DNA of 64,000 nt from Leptospiraceae bacterium (GTDB lineage: Bacteria; Spirochaetota; Leptospiria; Leptospirales; Leptonemataceae), in assembly GCA_040217195.1 (NCBI GenBank), contig JAVJNR010000004.1:896001-960000 (forward strand), written 5' to 3'. Shown here in pieces: positions 30,414-41,083 of the stretch (position 1 is its first letter; each line of letters begins with the position of its first letter). Below the pieces are notes generated by a model. That model saw only the letters and a list, made by a program, of their open reading frames with translations. It had not been told where the DNA came from and ran no database searches. The position numbers and the translations under genes are program-made.

Positions 30414-32093
30414 ATGAAGTCGTTAGGATTGCTACCCATCTCTGCGCTTACCGTGGCCTGCATTGGCAGCCTGTTGTTTAGTACGGAAGCTCGAGCAGAA
30501 GACGGAAAACTAAAAATGCGAATGGGGGCTGAAATTTGGCCCGGTTTTGAGATGCTGGATCGTCAACCTACGGGGCCTGACTCAGCTGGATCAGATAGTG
30601 AAAAGACAGGTTTTGGACTGGGTCGAGCCAGACTGGACTTTCGCGGCCGACATTATAACGGAAATGAAAAAGGAGTGGGCTTTCGCTTCACCGTAGAACA
30701 AGAACATAATCCACCGGATTCCTGCTCAGGATACAACTGTTCCAGCGACAATGCATATTATATGAAAGTCAAGTATGCTTTCGTAGATCTGCCTGTAACT
30801 GACTGGATGTCCTTTCGATTTGGGCAGCAGCATACTCCCGTTGTGGATGGTCAGGCAGGGGTTTCGCTACAGAAGTTATGGGGCTATCGTTACGTTGCCA
30901 AAGCTCCCTGGGATGATTTTGGCGTATCCCCTTCGACTGAAAGAGGCCTCAGTGCTTTGATTTCTTTTGATTATTTTTCCATGCACCTTCTACTTTCCAA
31001 CGGTGAAGGTAGCGATGCAAACAATGCTCAGGCACGACTGAAAAGCATGACCACGCCTTCAAACGTCCTGCAATCCATGAGTAATGGAGTCACTTCCAAC
31101 TATGGATTGGATGTAACCGGTATGCTTAGCTTCAGCCCCCTGGGAAAAAAAGGAACCCATAGAATCCATATCAATACTCCGTTCAGAGTGCAAAACGTTG
31201 TGGGTCTATCCGGTCAGGATTCCAGTCTGCCGGCCATTGATGCCTGTACTGATACAGTCACTATGGTAAATTCCGGCCCCACTCCGACAGCTACCTGTGC
31301 AAACATCGTAACAACACTGCGACCGGCCATCTACAAAGGAAATGCAAGGGCTGCTCGGGACTACTATACTGGAGTGGAAGTGGATTATCAAATCGAAACT
31401 CCGGAATTCGAATCTACTCTTGGTGCCGGTTTCATCCAGAAAGTAGATAGACGAAGCACGGCCTATCGCATTCGTCCGGACGTGACTTTGAATGGATCAT
31501 TTACGGACCTGGCAAACAACTACATTACTCAAGCCGATCAAAGAGGAGATATGGTCTATATCTTCTGGCATGGACGGTATCGATTCCTGGGCGCATTTGT
31601 ACGATTTGCTACAGGAAATGGCAACGGAGGAACTTCAAATAACCTCTCAACTTACGATAACCGGGATTACTGGAGACAGATCCTGGCTCTTGATGCAGTC
31701 GATAATACCATTGGTAACCTGACTTACTCCGAAGCCCTGGCGGTTGATTTTGGTCGAGCCACATTTCGAGAATGGATTGCAGGTCTGACCTGGCACGTGA
31801 ATGACAATTTTCAGATCAGCGTTGGCTGGTCGCAGGTAACGGCCACCGATTCAAGAGGAGGACCGGCAAAAAGTTCGGCACTGGATGCATTTACTCTACC
31901 GGGTGGCGATACTCTTTCGGAGACACTTGCAGACTCTTCCACGTTTTCCCAGATACCCGCCTTCTATCAAAACCTGGGATATAATAGTTCCAGCGGATTT
32001 CGCGTACAGGACTATGCGGGACAGAGGGCCCGGGATCAACAGATATTCATTCGAGCGCGATTCAAACTGGAAGGGGAGTTCACCGTAGATTGA
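30414..32093 (+). CDS. outer-membrane beta-barrel porin, OprO/OprP-like
   Basis: Signal peptide (AEA-like site ARA/E), GFGLGRARL, YAFVD, FRFGQ..TP and SNGEG motifs, amphipathic strands. ATG 30414 has a GGAG RBS. Confidence 0.6.
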   Translation: MKSLGLLPISALTVACIGSLLFSTEARAEDGKLKMRMGAEIWPGFEMLDRQPTGPDSAGSDSEKTGFGLGRARLDFRGRHYNGNEKGVGFRFTVEQEHNPPDSCSGYNCSSDNAYYMKVKYAFVDLPVTDWMSFRFGQQHTPVVDGQAGVSLQKLWGYRYVAKAPWDDFGVSPSTERGLSALISFDYFSMHLLLSNGEGSDANNAQARLKSMTTPSNVLQSMSNGVTSNYGLDVTGMLSFSPLGKKGTHRIHINTPFRVQNVVGLSGQDSSLPAIDACTDTVTMVNSGPTPTATCANIVTTLRPAIYKGNARAARDYYTGVEVDYQIETPEFESTLGAGFIQKVDRRSTAYRIRPDVTLNGSFTDLANNYITQADQRGDMVYIFWHGRYRFLGAFVRFATGNGNGGTSNNLSTYDNRDYWRQILALDAVDNTIGNLTYSEALAVDFGRATFREWIAGLTWHVNDNFQISVGWSQVTATDSRGGPAKSSALDAFTLPGGDTLSETLADSSTFSQIPAFYQNLGYNSSSGFRVQDYAGQRARDQQIFIRARFKLEGEFTVD

Positions 32094-32341
32094 ATTCCTC
32101 CGGATACTCCCATTCCGGGAGCTTATGGATTGACATTAAGGCGGAGTTCTCTCTGCCTTTTTTCTTTCCAGACCGGAGCTACCGGATCCAACATAACTAC
32201 CGAGAGCCGAGCAATAAACTCAAATGCAAGCAAGCAATTTTCCTGTGATCCGGCCCTCGTCCCTTCCCATCAACAAATCGCCTGGCCTGGCATTGAACAA
32301 GACTGCCGGGCGCATTCCGCTAGTATTCCGGTGATTCACTA

Positions 32342-33478
32342 TTAATTCCTTGAGGCCGCCACCAAAGAGATAGTGTCAATCAATCCGGATATTTCGGCCG
32401 AGGTTGTGGCCGGCCCCAGGGAAACTGTGATTCCGGTATGATCCGTTCCTTGAGTACCAAGCTCAAGGAGCACCCGGGAAGGTGTATGCAAACCACCGGA
32501 TCCGTGCATTATGCTCAGCTCCTGCCCTCTCTGAGTGAGCTCCTGTAAAAGTCTATGGGGGGATATTCCCGGTAAAATTATGGCAGATGTGTTTGCCAGC
32601 CGGTTCTCTTCGCGGCCCAGAAAGGTAATCCCGGGTATCTTGCGGCTCAATTCTGTTTCGAAAAGATCCCTGAAGGTGCGAATGGAAGCCAGCCTATGAG
32701 CCAGACTTTCATGAGCCAGTGACCAGGCATGGGACATACTCTGGATTCCCAGGCGATTCGGCATACCGGGGCGAACGGATTTGCTTTCTCCAAATAGCAA
32801 TGCCACTGGCGGCTTTCTCCGATACAGCAAAGCCCCCACGCCTGCCAGGCTGCCAAACTTATGACCTGAAAGTGAAATGGTGTTTGCTCGGCTTCCATAC
32901 CAGGATGGAGCGTGCTTCCCGGGAACCTGGCTGGCATCACAATGGAAATGGATTCCGTACTCTTCGCATATCTGGCCCACAACTTCCACTGGCTGCAGCA
33001 CTCCGGTATCCCCGCTTGCGTACATCATACTGACAAGCACTGTATCCGGGCCTGCATTATCGCGAACAAAGTCTACATCCGCCAGGCCGGTCCGGGTGGA
33101 AGGAATAAGTAGCACATCGTATCCCAGGTTTCTCAGGTACTTCGCCTGTTCGTATATGCTGCTATGCTCCAGAGCAAAAATCAGCACCTTATTGCGTAGA
33201 AATGAAGCATCGGTTAGTCCCGATCCCATATAGCGATGATATAGAAACTCCAGAGCCAGACGGTTGGCCTCGGTTGCGCCGGAAGTGAAAGCGATTTGAA
33301 AATCCTCAAACCCAGGGGAGCCACAAATCGTAGTACGAGCACTCTCCATCCAGGCAGGTGAGGTTCCAGTCGTAGAATGAGACAATAGATTGGGATCGGC
33401 CTGGATCCAATCTATGATGGTCTGCTTCATCCTGGAATCCAGGGGCACGGAGGAGTTATGATTAAAGTAGCCTTTCAT
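32342..33478 (-). CDS. cysteine desulfurase (NifS/IscS)-like class V PLP protein lacking the catalytic Cys
   Basis: FTSGATEAN, EHSS, HCDASQ and SGHKFG present; the GSAC loop reads HGSGG. Confidence 0.8.
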   Translation of the reverse strand: MKGYFNHNSSVPLDSRMKQTIIDWIQADPNLLSHSTTGTSPAWMESARTTICGSPGFEDFQIAFTSGATEANRLALEFLYHRYMGSGLTDASFLRNKVLIFALEHSSIYEQAKYLRNLGYDVLLIPSTRTGLADVDFVRDNAGPDTVLVSMMYASGDTGVLQPVEVVGQICEEYGIHFHCDASQVPGKHAPSWYGSRANTISLSGHKFGSLAGVGALLYRRKPPVALLFGESKSVRPGMPNRLGIQSMSHAWSLAHESLAHRLASIRTFRDLFETELSRKIPGITFLGREENRLANTSAIILPGISPHRLLQELTQRGQELSIMHGSGGLHTPSRVLLELGTQGTDHTGITVSLGPATTSAEISGLIDTISLVAASRN

Positions 33479-33610
33479 TCAGATATCAAATGCAAATGAC
33501 TTTTATGAAAGCCTCATCCTAGCCATTCCAGCCAGGGCTTCGCCCGGAGGATTCAACAATTGGTCCCGTCTGAAATAAATGCATACCTCGTCAAAATCAA
33601 TAATTCAAAA

Positions 33611-34129
33611 TCACGGAGATTCAGTGGACTGGATGATATCATTGTAGACGTTTTGTGCCCGCTCATCGTAACAACAAAATATTATTTTCCTGGGAGATCC
33701 ATGGGAATGGAGGTCTGCCATGACAGACCGGATGGCAATGGCGGCCGCCTTGTCCAGGGGATACCCGTACACTCCAGTGGAAATGGATGGAAAGGCTATG
33801 GATTCCAGGTTATGTTCCCTTGCTATCCTTAACGAATTCCGATAACACTTTGCCAGAGATTCAGGCTCCCCGGAGGCCCCACCCTTCCAGATTGGACCCA
33901 CAGTATGGATCACATAGGAGGCCTTTAACTTGAATCCCGGAGTAATGACCGCTTCACCGGTGGGGCATCCGCCAATTTTTCGGCAGGCCTGATGCAATTC
34001 AGGACCGGCTGCACGATGAATAGCCCCATCCACCCCACCGCCACCAGCAAGTGCTTCGTTGGCTGCATTTACAATTGCATCAACCTTGAGCCCGGTAATA
34101 TCTGCTAGAATGACTTCAAAATCGAACAT
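33611..34129 (-). CDS. macrodomain O-acetyl-ADP-ribose deacetylase (YmdB-like)
   Basis: DIT...[40 protein letters not shown]. Confidence 0.93.
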   Translation of the reverse strand: MFDFEVILADITGLKVDAIVNAANEALAGGGGVDGAIHRAAGPELHQACRKIGGCPTGEAVITPGFKLKASYVIHTVGPIWKGGASGEPESLAKCYRNSLRIAREHNLESIAFPSISTGVYGYPLDKAAAIAIRSVMADLHSHGSPRKIIFCCYDERAQNVYNDIIQSTESP

Positions 34130-34187
34130 CTTCAAACTCCGTTCTCATTATTCACAGTAACTGTATTCTTTCATTGACCGAGATCAT

Positions 34188-34643
34188 GTGCCTCGAATAA
34201 AATTGAGCATGGAAAGAGGAAATCTACCGGATCAATCAGTCAACATTGTGCGAATCATTTTTTTAGCTCTTATCGGGGGCTGCCTGATGTTCGGAGTGGT
34301 ATCCCTGATGACTCAGGATACCAGAAGTCTGCAGGACAATGAGGTCTACCTGTATGCTGGAGCGGCCACTGCTCTGGCGGGCATTTTCGGGGCCTACTTC
34401 TTTACATTGAAGAAGACTGAAAATCCTCAAGAATGGGTGCGAAATCATATCGTTGGGTACGCGATGGCCGAGGGAGGTACGCTGGTTAATCTGGTATTCT
34501 TCTTTATCAGTGGAAATACAACCTACATGTACGTCGCTGTGGCTGTCTTGCTGGCACTGATCACTCGCTATCCAAGAAATCCCATCAGCGATGATGGCCA
34601 GGATTTACGATCCTCGTCTACTTTCGAATCTGGAAAGGATTGA
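34188..34643 (+). CDS. hypothetical 4-TM membrane protein
   Basis: Four hydrophobic helices with an AMAEG motif; the 3' end overlaps the RND gene by 39 bp. Confidence 0.65.
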   Translation: MPRIKLSMERGNLPDQSVNIVRIIFLALIGGCLMFGVVSLMTQDTRSLQDNEVYLYAGAATALAGIFGAYFFTLKKTENPQEWVRNHIVGYAMAEGGTLVNLVFFFISGNTTYMYVAVAVLLALITRYPRNPISDDGQDLRSSSTFESGKD

Positions 34644-37600
34644 ATACACTGCTGGAACCACCACAAGCGTTAACAATGTAGAGACAGTCATTCCTCCGAT
34701 GACTGCAATGGACATGGGGATCCTGGACTCAGCCCCGGGGCCGATGGCCAAAGCTGGCGGTATGGCCGCCGCAATAGCAGATAGGGAAGTCATTAAGATA
34801 GGCCGCAATCGAACCATGCCCGCCTCTACCAGAGCATCAGGAACACTCATGGACTCCTTTCTCCTGAGCTCGTTTGCGAATTCCACTAGAAGAATGGAAT
34901 TCTTCTTTGAGATACCCATTAGTAGAATCAGGCCAATCATGCTGTAAAGGTTCAGACTCTGGCCGGTCAAAAACAAAGCCAGGAATGCTCCGGTGGCAGA
35001 AAATGGTAGAGCCATCAAAACTGAAATAGGATGCAGAAAGCTATTGAACTGAGCACCCAGTACCATATAGGCCACGAGGATGCCCAGCCACAGAGCAATA
35101 CTGAGACTGGTAAATGCTTCTTCAAAATCCCGGCTGCCACCACCTGGATAGTATCCATAGTTTTCTTTTAGATGCTTTCGCGCAATGTCCTCCGCTCTGG
35201 AAGCAGCATCCGCTTGCCCCACTCCTTCCTTTAAATTGGCCGAAATCTGAATAGCTCGCTGACGATCGATTCTGGTGAGATTCAGCACCGTGGGCTCGGT
35301 TTCAATTCTGGCAACCTCCGGTACAGATACCAGTTCACCGTAGCCGTTTCGAACATGCAACTTTCCTATATCGTCTGGATGGCTCCACTGCTCTTCCAGT
35401 AAGCGAAGCCGAATATCATATCTGCGACCGTCGCCGGTAAATCGCCCTTCCCGAACTCCTCCCATTGCAATACCGATGGTATCCACCAGATTTTCCATGG
35501 TTACTGCTCTAAGAGCGGCCTCCTGTCGATTCGGTATGACCCGCACTTCTGGCATACCTTCCCGGTAATCCATTTGAGCGTCTTCATAAAGCCCGGTGGA
35601 TTCCATATCTTTGAGTATTCGATCAGCAGTGGCACGCAACTCATCCCAGTTTCCGCCTCGAATACTGAACTCCACTGGCTGACTTCTGCGGGCGGACAGT
35701 CCCCTGCTGGAAAAGTCAAATAGAAAACCGCGCATTCCCTCAATCTTACCAATCTCTTTTCGCAGAAGATCCATAAATTCGTACTGACCCAGTTCCCTTT
35801 CGGACTTCCCTTGCAAGCTTACAAAGTACACACCAGTATTTGCCTGGCCTCCGCCGAATCCGCCTACTATAGATAAAAAGCTGGTTACTTCGCTTCGACT
35901 CTTCAGGAACTTTTCAATTTGTTGTCCTTTCTCATCCGTATGATGGATGGAAGAGCCCATGGGTGTTTCAAAGCGAACTCCAAATTGACTTTGATCCTGC
36001 GGAGGAACAAACTCTCTATCAATCAAGAGCAAGATACCAAGAGATAGGAAAAACAGTATTGCTGCGGCCAGAACAGTAAAATAGGGATGTTTCAGGGTGC
36101 GAATTAGAATGGCTCGATATACTCTTGATACCTTTTCAAGAATAAGTCGCACCGCCTTTACAAGCCGAGGTTCTCTGTCCTGGTGCACAAGGGTAAGAGA
36201 GGCTCTCATGGGAGTCAGAGTCACGGCATCCAGTAACGAAAGTGCAACTGCTCCAGAAAGCGTCACTCCAAACTGGAAGAAGAACTTACCAATGACACCT
36301 TCCATGAAAGCCACCGGTAAGAAAATGGCAACAATTGCAATGCTGGCAGCCACCGCAGCAAAGGTAATCTCTCTCGCTCCATCTCTTGCAGCGCGAACCC
36401 TGTCCTTTCCCATTTCAAAGTGGCGAATGATATTTTCCAGGATCATGATGTTATCATCCACCACAATGCCTATTGCCAGAGAAAGTGCTAGCAGGGTAAA
36501 CAGGTTCAAAGTGAAACCCATAAAATAGATTATGATAAAGGTTCCAATAATGGACGTAGGAATGGACAGGATTACATTTAAAGTGGAGCTCCAGTTACCC
36601 AGAAAAAGCCAGCATACCATTGCGGTCAGGATAGCTGAAAGAATAAGAGTGAACTGAGTCTCTTCAATCGCTTCCTTGGTAAACCTGGTGCCATCAAAGT
36701 TAATGTTTACCTTCACTCCATCGGGCAGGTTCTTATTGATTTTTGCAATTTCTTCCCGGATATTCTCTGCTACCTGGACTTCATTGGCTCCGGTCTGCTT
36801 CTTTATACCAATTGTGATGGCTTCTATACCATTGACTCGATTGATTCGCTGCGCATCATTTAGACCATTTTCAACTCTGGCCACATCATCCAGGGTGATT
36901 TTAGAAAGATAGATTGGTCCGCCACCTCTACGCGTTATGCGAATTCGCTCCATTTGCTCTATGGACTGAGCTTCCCCCATGGTGCGTAAATTGTAGCTAT
37001 TGTCCTGGTTTTCCAGATACCCGCTGGCTCCCTCTGCATGGTCCTGCCGGATCGCATTGCGAACATCCAGAATTGTAAGCTCATATTCATTAAGCTTATT
37101 GTTATCTACGTAAATCCGCAAATTTCGCTCGGCGGACCCACCAACAAATACTTCGCCCACTCCATCCACTAGCTGAATACGGTCCAGAACCAGCTGATCC
37201 GCTATGCGAAACAGTTCAAATTGGGTACGATCGCCGCTCAAACCCAGCCAGAGTATGGGGCTTTCATCCGGATTATTCTTTCGAAGTACGGGAGGATCTA
37301 CACCGGTGGGCAGCCTGAGCTGACTCAACGCAGTTTGTACTTCCTGCACGGCCACGTTGATATCTCGGTCAATATCAAATTCCAGCTGAATATTGGCGCT
37401 GCCCTGGCGAATAGATGAGATAACCTCTTTGAGCCCTTCAACGGCAATGATCTCTTTTTCAACCCGGTCTACGATTTCCGTTTCCATGTACTCCGGAGCT
37501 ACACCTTCCCAGCTAACTCGAATACTCAGCAGCGGAAAGTCTACATCGGGCATATAGCTGATTCCCAGCCTGCCCACAGAAACGGTTCCGAAGATGATTA

Positions 37601-37661
37601 GACCGAACATGATCATCCATGCCAGTACCGGGCGTCTGATGGATATATCAGAGAGCTTCAA
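34605..37661 (-). CDS. RND efflux permease (AcrB/AcrD/AcrF family)
   Basis: SIRRPV, GIVVDDNI..LENI, KNSILLVE and RLRPILMT motifs; 1018 aa. Confidence 0.95.
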   Translation of the reverse strand: MKLSDISIRRPVLAWMIMFGLIIFGTVSVGRLGISYMPDVDFPLLSIRVSWEGVAPEYMETEIVDRVEKEIIAVEGLKEVISSIRQGSANIQLEFDIDRDINVAVQEVQTALSQLRLPTGVDPPVLRKNNPDESPILWLGLSGDRTQFELFRIADQLVLDRIQLVDGVGEVFVGGSAERNLRIYVDNNKLNEYELTILDVRNAIRQDHAEGASGYLENQDNSYNLRTMGEAQSIEQMERIRITRRGGGPIYLSKITLDDVARVENGLNDAQRINRVNGIEAITIGIKKQTGANEVQVAENIREEIAKINKNLPDGVKVNINFDGTRFTKEAIEETQFTLILSAILTAMVCWLFLGNWSSTLNVILSIPTSIIGTFIIIYFMGFTLNLFTLLALSLAIGIVVDDNIMILENIIRHFEMGKDRVRAARDGAREITFAAVAASIAIVAIFLPVAFMEGVIGKFFFQFGVTLSGAVALSLLDAVTLTPMRASLTLVHQDREPRLVKAVRLILEKVSRVYRAILIRTLKHPYFTVLAAAILFFLSLGILLLIDREFVPPQDQSQFGVRFETPMGSSIHHTDEKGQQIEKFLKSRSEVTSFLSIVGGFGGGQANTGVYFVSLQGKSERELGQYEFMDLLRKEIGKIEGMRGFLFDFSSRGLSARRSQPVEFSIRGGNWDELRATADRILKDMESTGLYEDAQMDYREGMPEVRVIPNRQEAALRAVTMENLVDTIGIAMGGVREGRFTGDGRRYDIRLRLLEEQWSHPDDIGKLHVRNGYGELVSVPEVARIETEPTVLNLTRIDRQRAIQISANLKEGVGQADAASRAEDIARKHLKENYGYYPGGGSRDFEEAFTSLSIALWLGILVAYMVLGAQFNSFLHPISVLMALPFSATGAFLALFLTGQSLNLYSMIGLILLMGISKKNSILLVEFANELRRKESMSVPDALVEAGMVRLRPILMTSLSAIAAAIPPALAIGPGAESRIPMSIAVIGGMTVSTLLTLVVVPAVYSILSRFESRRGS

Positions 37662-39337
37662 GCCATTGCTCCGTTGTGCAAAAGGAGAGGGGTCTTGTCC
37701 GCAGCAAAGTACCTTGAATTCGAATCAATTAGAAAGCTCTGGCTGGTATCGGAGTTTGAGGTTTCGGGTTCCAGGGTTCCCTCGGGTATTTCTTCCTCTG
37801 GACTGTCATCTGCATCCAGTTTTTCGGGAGCATCCGGGATCTTCTGTTCCATTCCAGCGGCTACGTGAAGGCGAATTTCGTTCATTCGAACAAGCATCTC
37901 CATCCGTGTGAGCTCCCTGCGAGCTGCATGAAATCCGCGAAGTGCATTCAGAACCTCCAGGTTGGTAACTATGCCAAGACGATAGTCCCGAACCTGGACG
38001 TAATAGGCGGCACGACTGATTTGAACGGATTCACGCAATAATGCAAGCCGGCTCAGAGAATTCACATAGTCCACATAGGCAGATTTCACTTCATAGGAGG
38101 CCGAGCGCTTCAGAGCACTTAATTCAAGTTTGCTCCGTCGCAGAAGTGCCTGAGATTCTTTCACTGAATAGTACGTATTGCCCCCTTGAAAGATCGGAAC
38201 TTCGATGCTCAATGTAATGCCCCAGTCTCGGCCATAGTCTGGTTTCTGACTTGTATAATAACTTCCTTCTACGCTGGCCTGAGGATAATGGCCGCCTTTT
38301 TCAACACTCAATCTAGCTCGCTGGGCCTCCATGTCCTTCATGGCAGCTCTCAGATCCTTTCTATCTTCTACTTTTTCCATATACGTGGCCAGTGATTCCT
38401 GGGAAGGCAGTTCGCTGGGCTCTGCCAGTGCTATTTCACTGGCAGGAACGGCCATCAGGAAGGCCAGCAGTTCGGTGGCCGTTGCCTCCAGGCCTCGAAT
38501 TCGCTCCAGCTCAACCCTTGAATTACTATATTCGCTCTGGGCTGCCAGTAATTCGCCTTGCGAAGACCGTCCTATGTTCACTCTTCTGGCAAGCTCTCCA
38601 ATGCGAGCACGTAAGGCCCCCTGCTCTTCCAGAAGGATTTTCACTGTCTTCTTATACTCCAGAAGCTGAAAATAGACCTCCCCTACATCGCGAAACAGCA
38701 GCTCCCGAAACCTTTGACGATTGTATCGGGTGGAAATCCTCTCTGCATCCCGAGCTTCCGATTCGTAGTAGGTCTGAAAACCACTAAAGATTGGCCAGCG
38801 AAATCCGGCGCCTACCTGATAGGGGTCGTTAATTCTTGTAGAACTGGTAGTACCTGTGCTCGTGCTCGTGCTTGAACTGCTTTGATTCTGTTGCTGTCGG
38901 ATCAAAGCCTGCAGTTGATCATCATCCTGATCATCGTATCGATCATTGTAAGTCTTTCGTCCGAATAAAAAGATTTCTGGATAATAGGAGCTCAGGCTTT
39001 GCTTGTACCGAGCTTCTGCAACAGCCAGGTCCGTATTCTGTAATTTATCCTGCTCATTTCTTTCCAGTACCTTCAAATAGATTTCATTCAAGGTAAGTGG
39101 TACTGCTTTTTCCGCCTGAACGGAGGATACAGAAAACAACAGGCAAACTGTAAGCGTAAATGAATAGCCTGTACATGCTCTTAGACAGGCAAATGAAGTA
39201 GAGCTTTGAATGGATTTTTCAGCGATTCGATTACGAATCCAGGAAACAATGACGGAGACGGAGCTACAGACCTCCATGATCCCTTCTCCAGACGCATCCC
39301 GGGAATCAATGGATACGTTTTTTAAGGGATGAATCAT
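37658..39337 (-). CDS. TolC-family outer-membrane efflux protein
   Basis: Two OEP repeats (WPIFSG, VPIFQGG, YRLGIVTNLEVL); 4-bp overlap with the RND start. True start probably downstream of 39337. Confidence 0.88.
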   Translation of the reverse strand: MIHPLKNVSIDSRDASGEGIMEVCSSVSVIVSWIRNRIAEKSIQSSTSFACLRACTGYSFTLTVCLLFSVSSVQAEKAVPLTLNEIYLKVLERNEQDKLQNTDLAVAEARYKQSLSSYYPEIFLFGRKTYNDRYDDQDDDQLQALIRQQQNQSSSSTSTSTGTTSSTRINDPYQVGAGFRWPIFSGFQTYYESEARDAERISTRYNRQRFRELLFRDVGEVYFQLLEYKKTVKILLEEQGALRARIGELARRVNIGRSSQGELLAAQSEYSNSRVELERIRGLEATATELLAFLMAVPASEIALAEPSELPSQESLATYMEKVEDRKDLRAAMKDMEAQRARLSVEKGGHYPQASVEGSYYTSQKPDYGRDWGITLSIEVPIFQGGNTYYSVKESQALLRRSKLELSALKRSASYEVKSAYVDYVNSLSRLALLRESVQISRAAYYVQVRDYRLGIVTNLEVLNALRGFHAARRELTRMEMLVRMNEIRLHVAAGMEQKIPDAPEKLDADDSPEEEIPEGTLEPETSNSDTSQSFLIDSNSRYFAADKTPLLLHNGAMA

Positions 39338-39484
39338 ACAGTATATTGAGTAGAGGCCGGGCCACAGAAGGACCAGGATATAGCGCTAACAGTATAAAAA
39401 GAGAGCCCAGGATTTTCGCCGACATATTTTCTATTCAGTGTCTCTATGAACAGTGATTGTTCATGACCCTATTTATAGAAGATT

Positions 39485-40387
39485 CTACATTCCACCCAGG
39501 TCTTTTGAATCCGGAGTACCCAGCGCATCCTTCTTGATAATCTCCTGGATTTTCTGTTCCAGCTCTGGAAAGTCTTTCTCTTTCAATCTGGGATCCACCC
39601 TGGTTTCAGCTGTTTCATCCTTTCCCTTGTCTTCTAGATCGGTGGGCCTGCTTTCTGGCTCTGGATTGGCTTTATCAGCCTGCATGAATTCTATTTCAGT
39701 AAAAGCTTTGCCATCCACCGTCTTTTCAATGGAAAGAACTGCCAGAGAACCATTGCTGTAAATATAATCCCTGGCCACATCCGATAGTCGTACTTCAATA
39801 GTGCGACCAGGATCCAGGATTACCTTGCTGTCCATGGGCATAGGCTTATCGTCTACATAGACAAACCTGGCCTTGCTAATCAGAGAAGATTTCCCATCAT
39901 TGTGGAACCGGAGCAGTACCATAAGATCCTCGATTTCTGGCTTTTGAAAGAATGCATCCATCATTTCCTGCTGCATTCTCTGAAAGCTTCCCGGATCCAT
40001 GGCCACTCTTAGCTGGATACCCTGTTCATTCTGCTCAATTAAAATCGATGTGATTTTCTTATCACGAACAAGCCCCTTACGGCTTACTGCCAGCGGGACC
40101 CTTGCGATGAGAAAGGTGCTCACACCCTCCTGAATACACCTGGAGGACTCTGATTCACCATAATACCTGGATAAGATTTCCAGGGCCTTACCCTTCTTCT
40201 CATTGCATGCATCCAGCCCGGCCATTTCCATTCGAATTTCAGCAGTAGCCGGAATTCCTTCCCCTCTTGATTGCAGCACTCGAATAACATGCGAAAATGG
40301 TAATTCGATAGTTGCCTGAAAATCACAGGCAGCAAACCAGAGTGGGATAAGAACAATCAGGATTCTAAATTTCATAGATGACACCAA
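39485..40387 (-). CDS. hypothetical lipoprotein
   Basis: Lipobox FAAC after MKFRILIVL. Confidence 0.65.
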   Translation of the reverse strand: MVSSMKFRILIVLIPLWFAACDFQATIELPFSHVIRVLQSRGEGIPATAEIRMEMAGLDACNEKKGKALEILSRYYGESESSRCIQEGVSTFLIARVPLAVSRKGLVRDKKITSILIEQNEQGIQLRVAMDPGSFQRMQQEMMDAFFQKPEIEDLMVLLRFHNDGKSSLISKARFVYVDDKPMPMDSKVILDPGRTIEVRLSDVARDYIYSNGSLAVLSIEKTVDGKAFTEIEFMQADKANPEPESRPTDLEDKGKDETAETRVDPRLKEKDFPELEQKIQEIIKKDALGTPDSKDLGGM

Positions 40388-40390
40388 TGC

Positions 40391-41059
40391 TTACAGGTTT
40401 TTCAGCTCTCCGACCAGCAGGTCTACAACTTTTAGCATTCCTGGACCCAGAGATTGATTGAGTTCCAGCTCCAGCCCCAGATATCGATCATCTGGATAGA
40501 TTTTTCTAAGGGCCGTTGTAAATCCATCCGCATCCCCCCGGTACGGATAATTTCGACGAACCTTCCATCCGCCATCTTGAAGATATTTCTGTAGCTTCAG
40601 CGCAAGATTCTTCTCCTTCGCCTTGCGAGGATCATATAATAATCCCACATCACATGATCTTCTTTCGCCGTTCCATAACGGAGTGAAGCTATGAACAGAA
40701 ATATGAAGTATGCAACCTCTGTTAAAATGCGTTTTTATTGAGGTCTGAACTTCCTGCCTGTAGGTTCGATGGTAGTTTCTCCAGTTTTCCTTTTCCGTTT
40801 CTGTCATGCTATGCGAAAGCTTTGACCAGACTGCTGGATTTCGTAACGAGCGGTTTAAGTCAATGCACAGCCGGCTCCAGTTTCCCATAAAACAGCGCGC
40901 TCCCAGCTTTTGGGACAGATGCATAGCTGCCTGTCCGGCAAACAGGTCATAGGCAACATGACTTTGTAGAGCATCGGAGCCAAAGCACTTCCTGGCCTCC
41001 GGCAGTAGTCGCGCAGGAATATCGGAGCTTGCATGCTCACAGGTTATTACTGTTCGCAT
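40391..41059 (-). CDS. N-formylglutamate amidohydrolase family protein
   Basis: TCEHAS, SRL.IDLNR, SVHSFTP, NYPY.G and ELE motifs. Confidence 0.88.
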   Translation of the reverse strand: MRTVITCEHASSDIPARLLPEARKCFGSDALQSHVAYDLFAGQAAMHLSQKLGARCFMGNWSRLCIDLNRSLRNPAVWSKLSHSMTETEKENWRNYHRTYRQEVQTSIKTHFNRGCILHISVHSFTPLWNGERRSCDVGLLYDPRKAKEKNLALKLQKYLQDGGWKVRRNYPYRGDADGFTTALRKIYPDDRYLGLELELNQSLGPGMLKVVDLLVGELKNL

Positions 41060-41083
41060 GGATGGCGCTCCATTGATTTCGCT

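Noticed and set aside
33611..34129. Macrodomain as part of an anti-phage or toxin-antitoxin system (DarG/ThsA-like)
   Set aside because: It is a stand-alone YmdB-like domain with no neighbouring ADP-ribosyltransferase, TIR or SIR2 gene.
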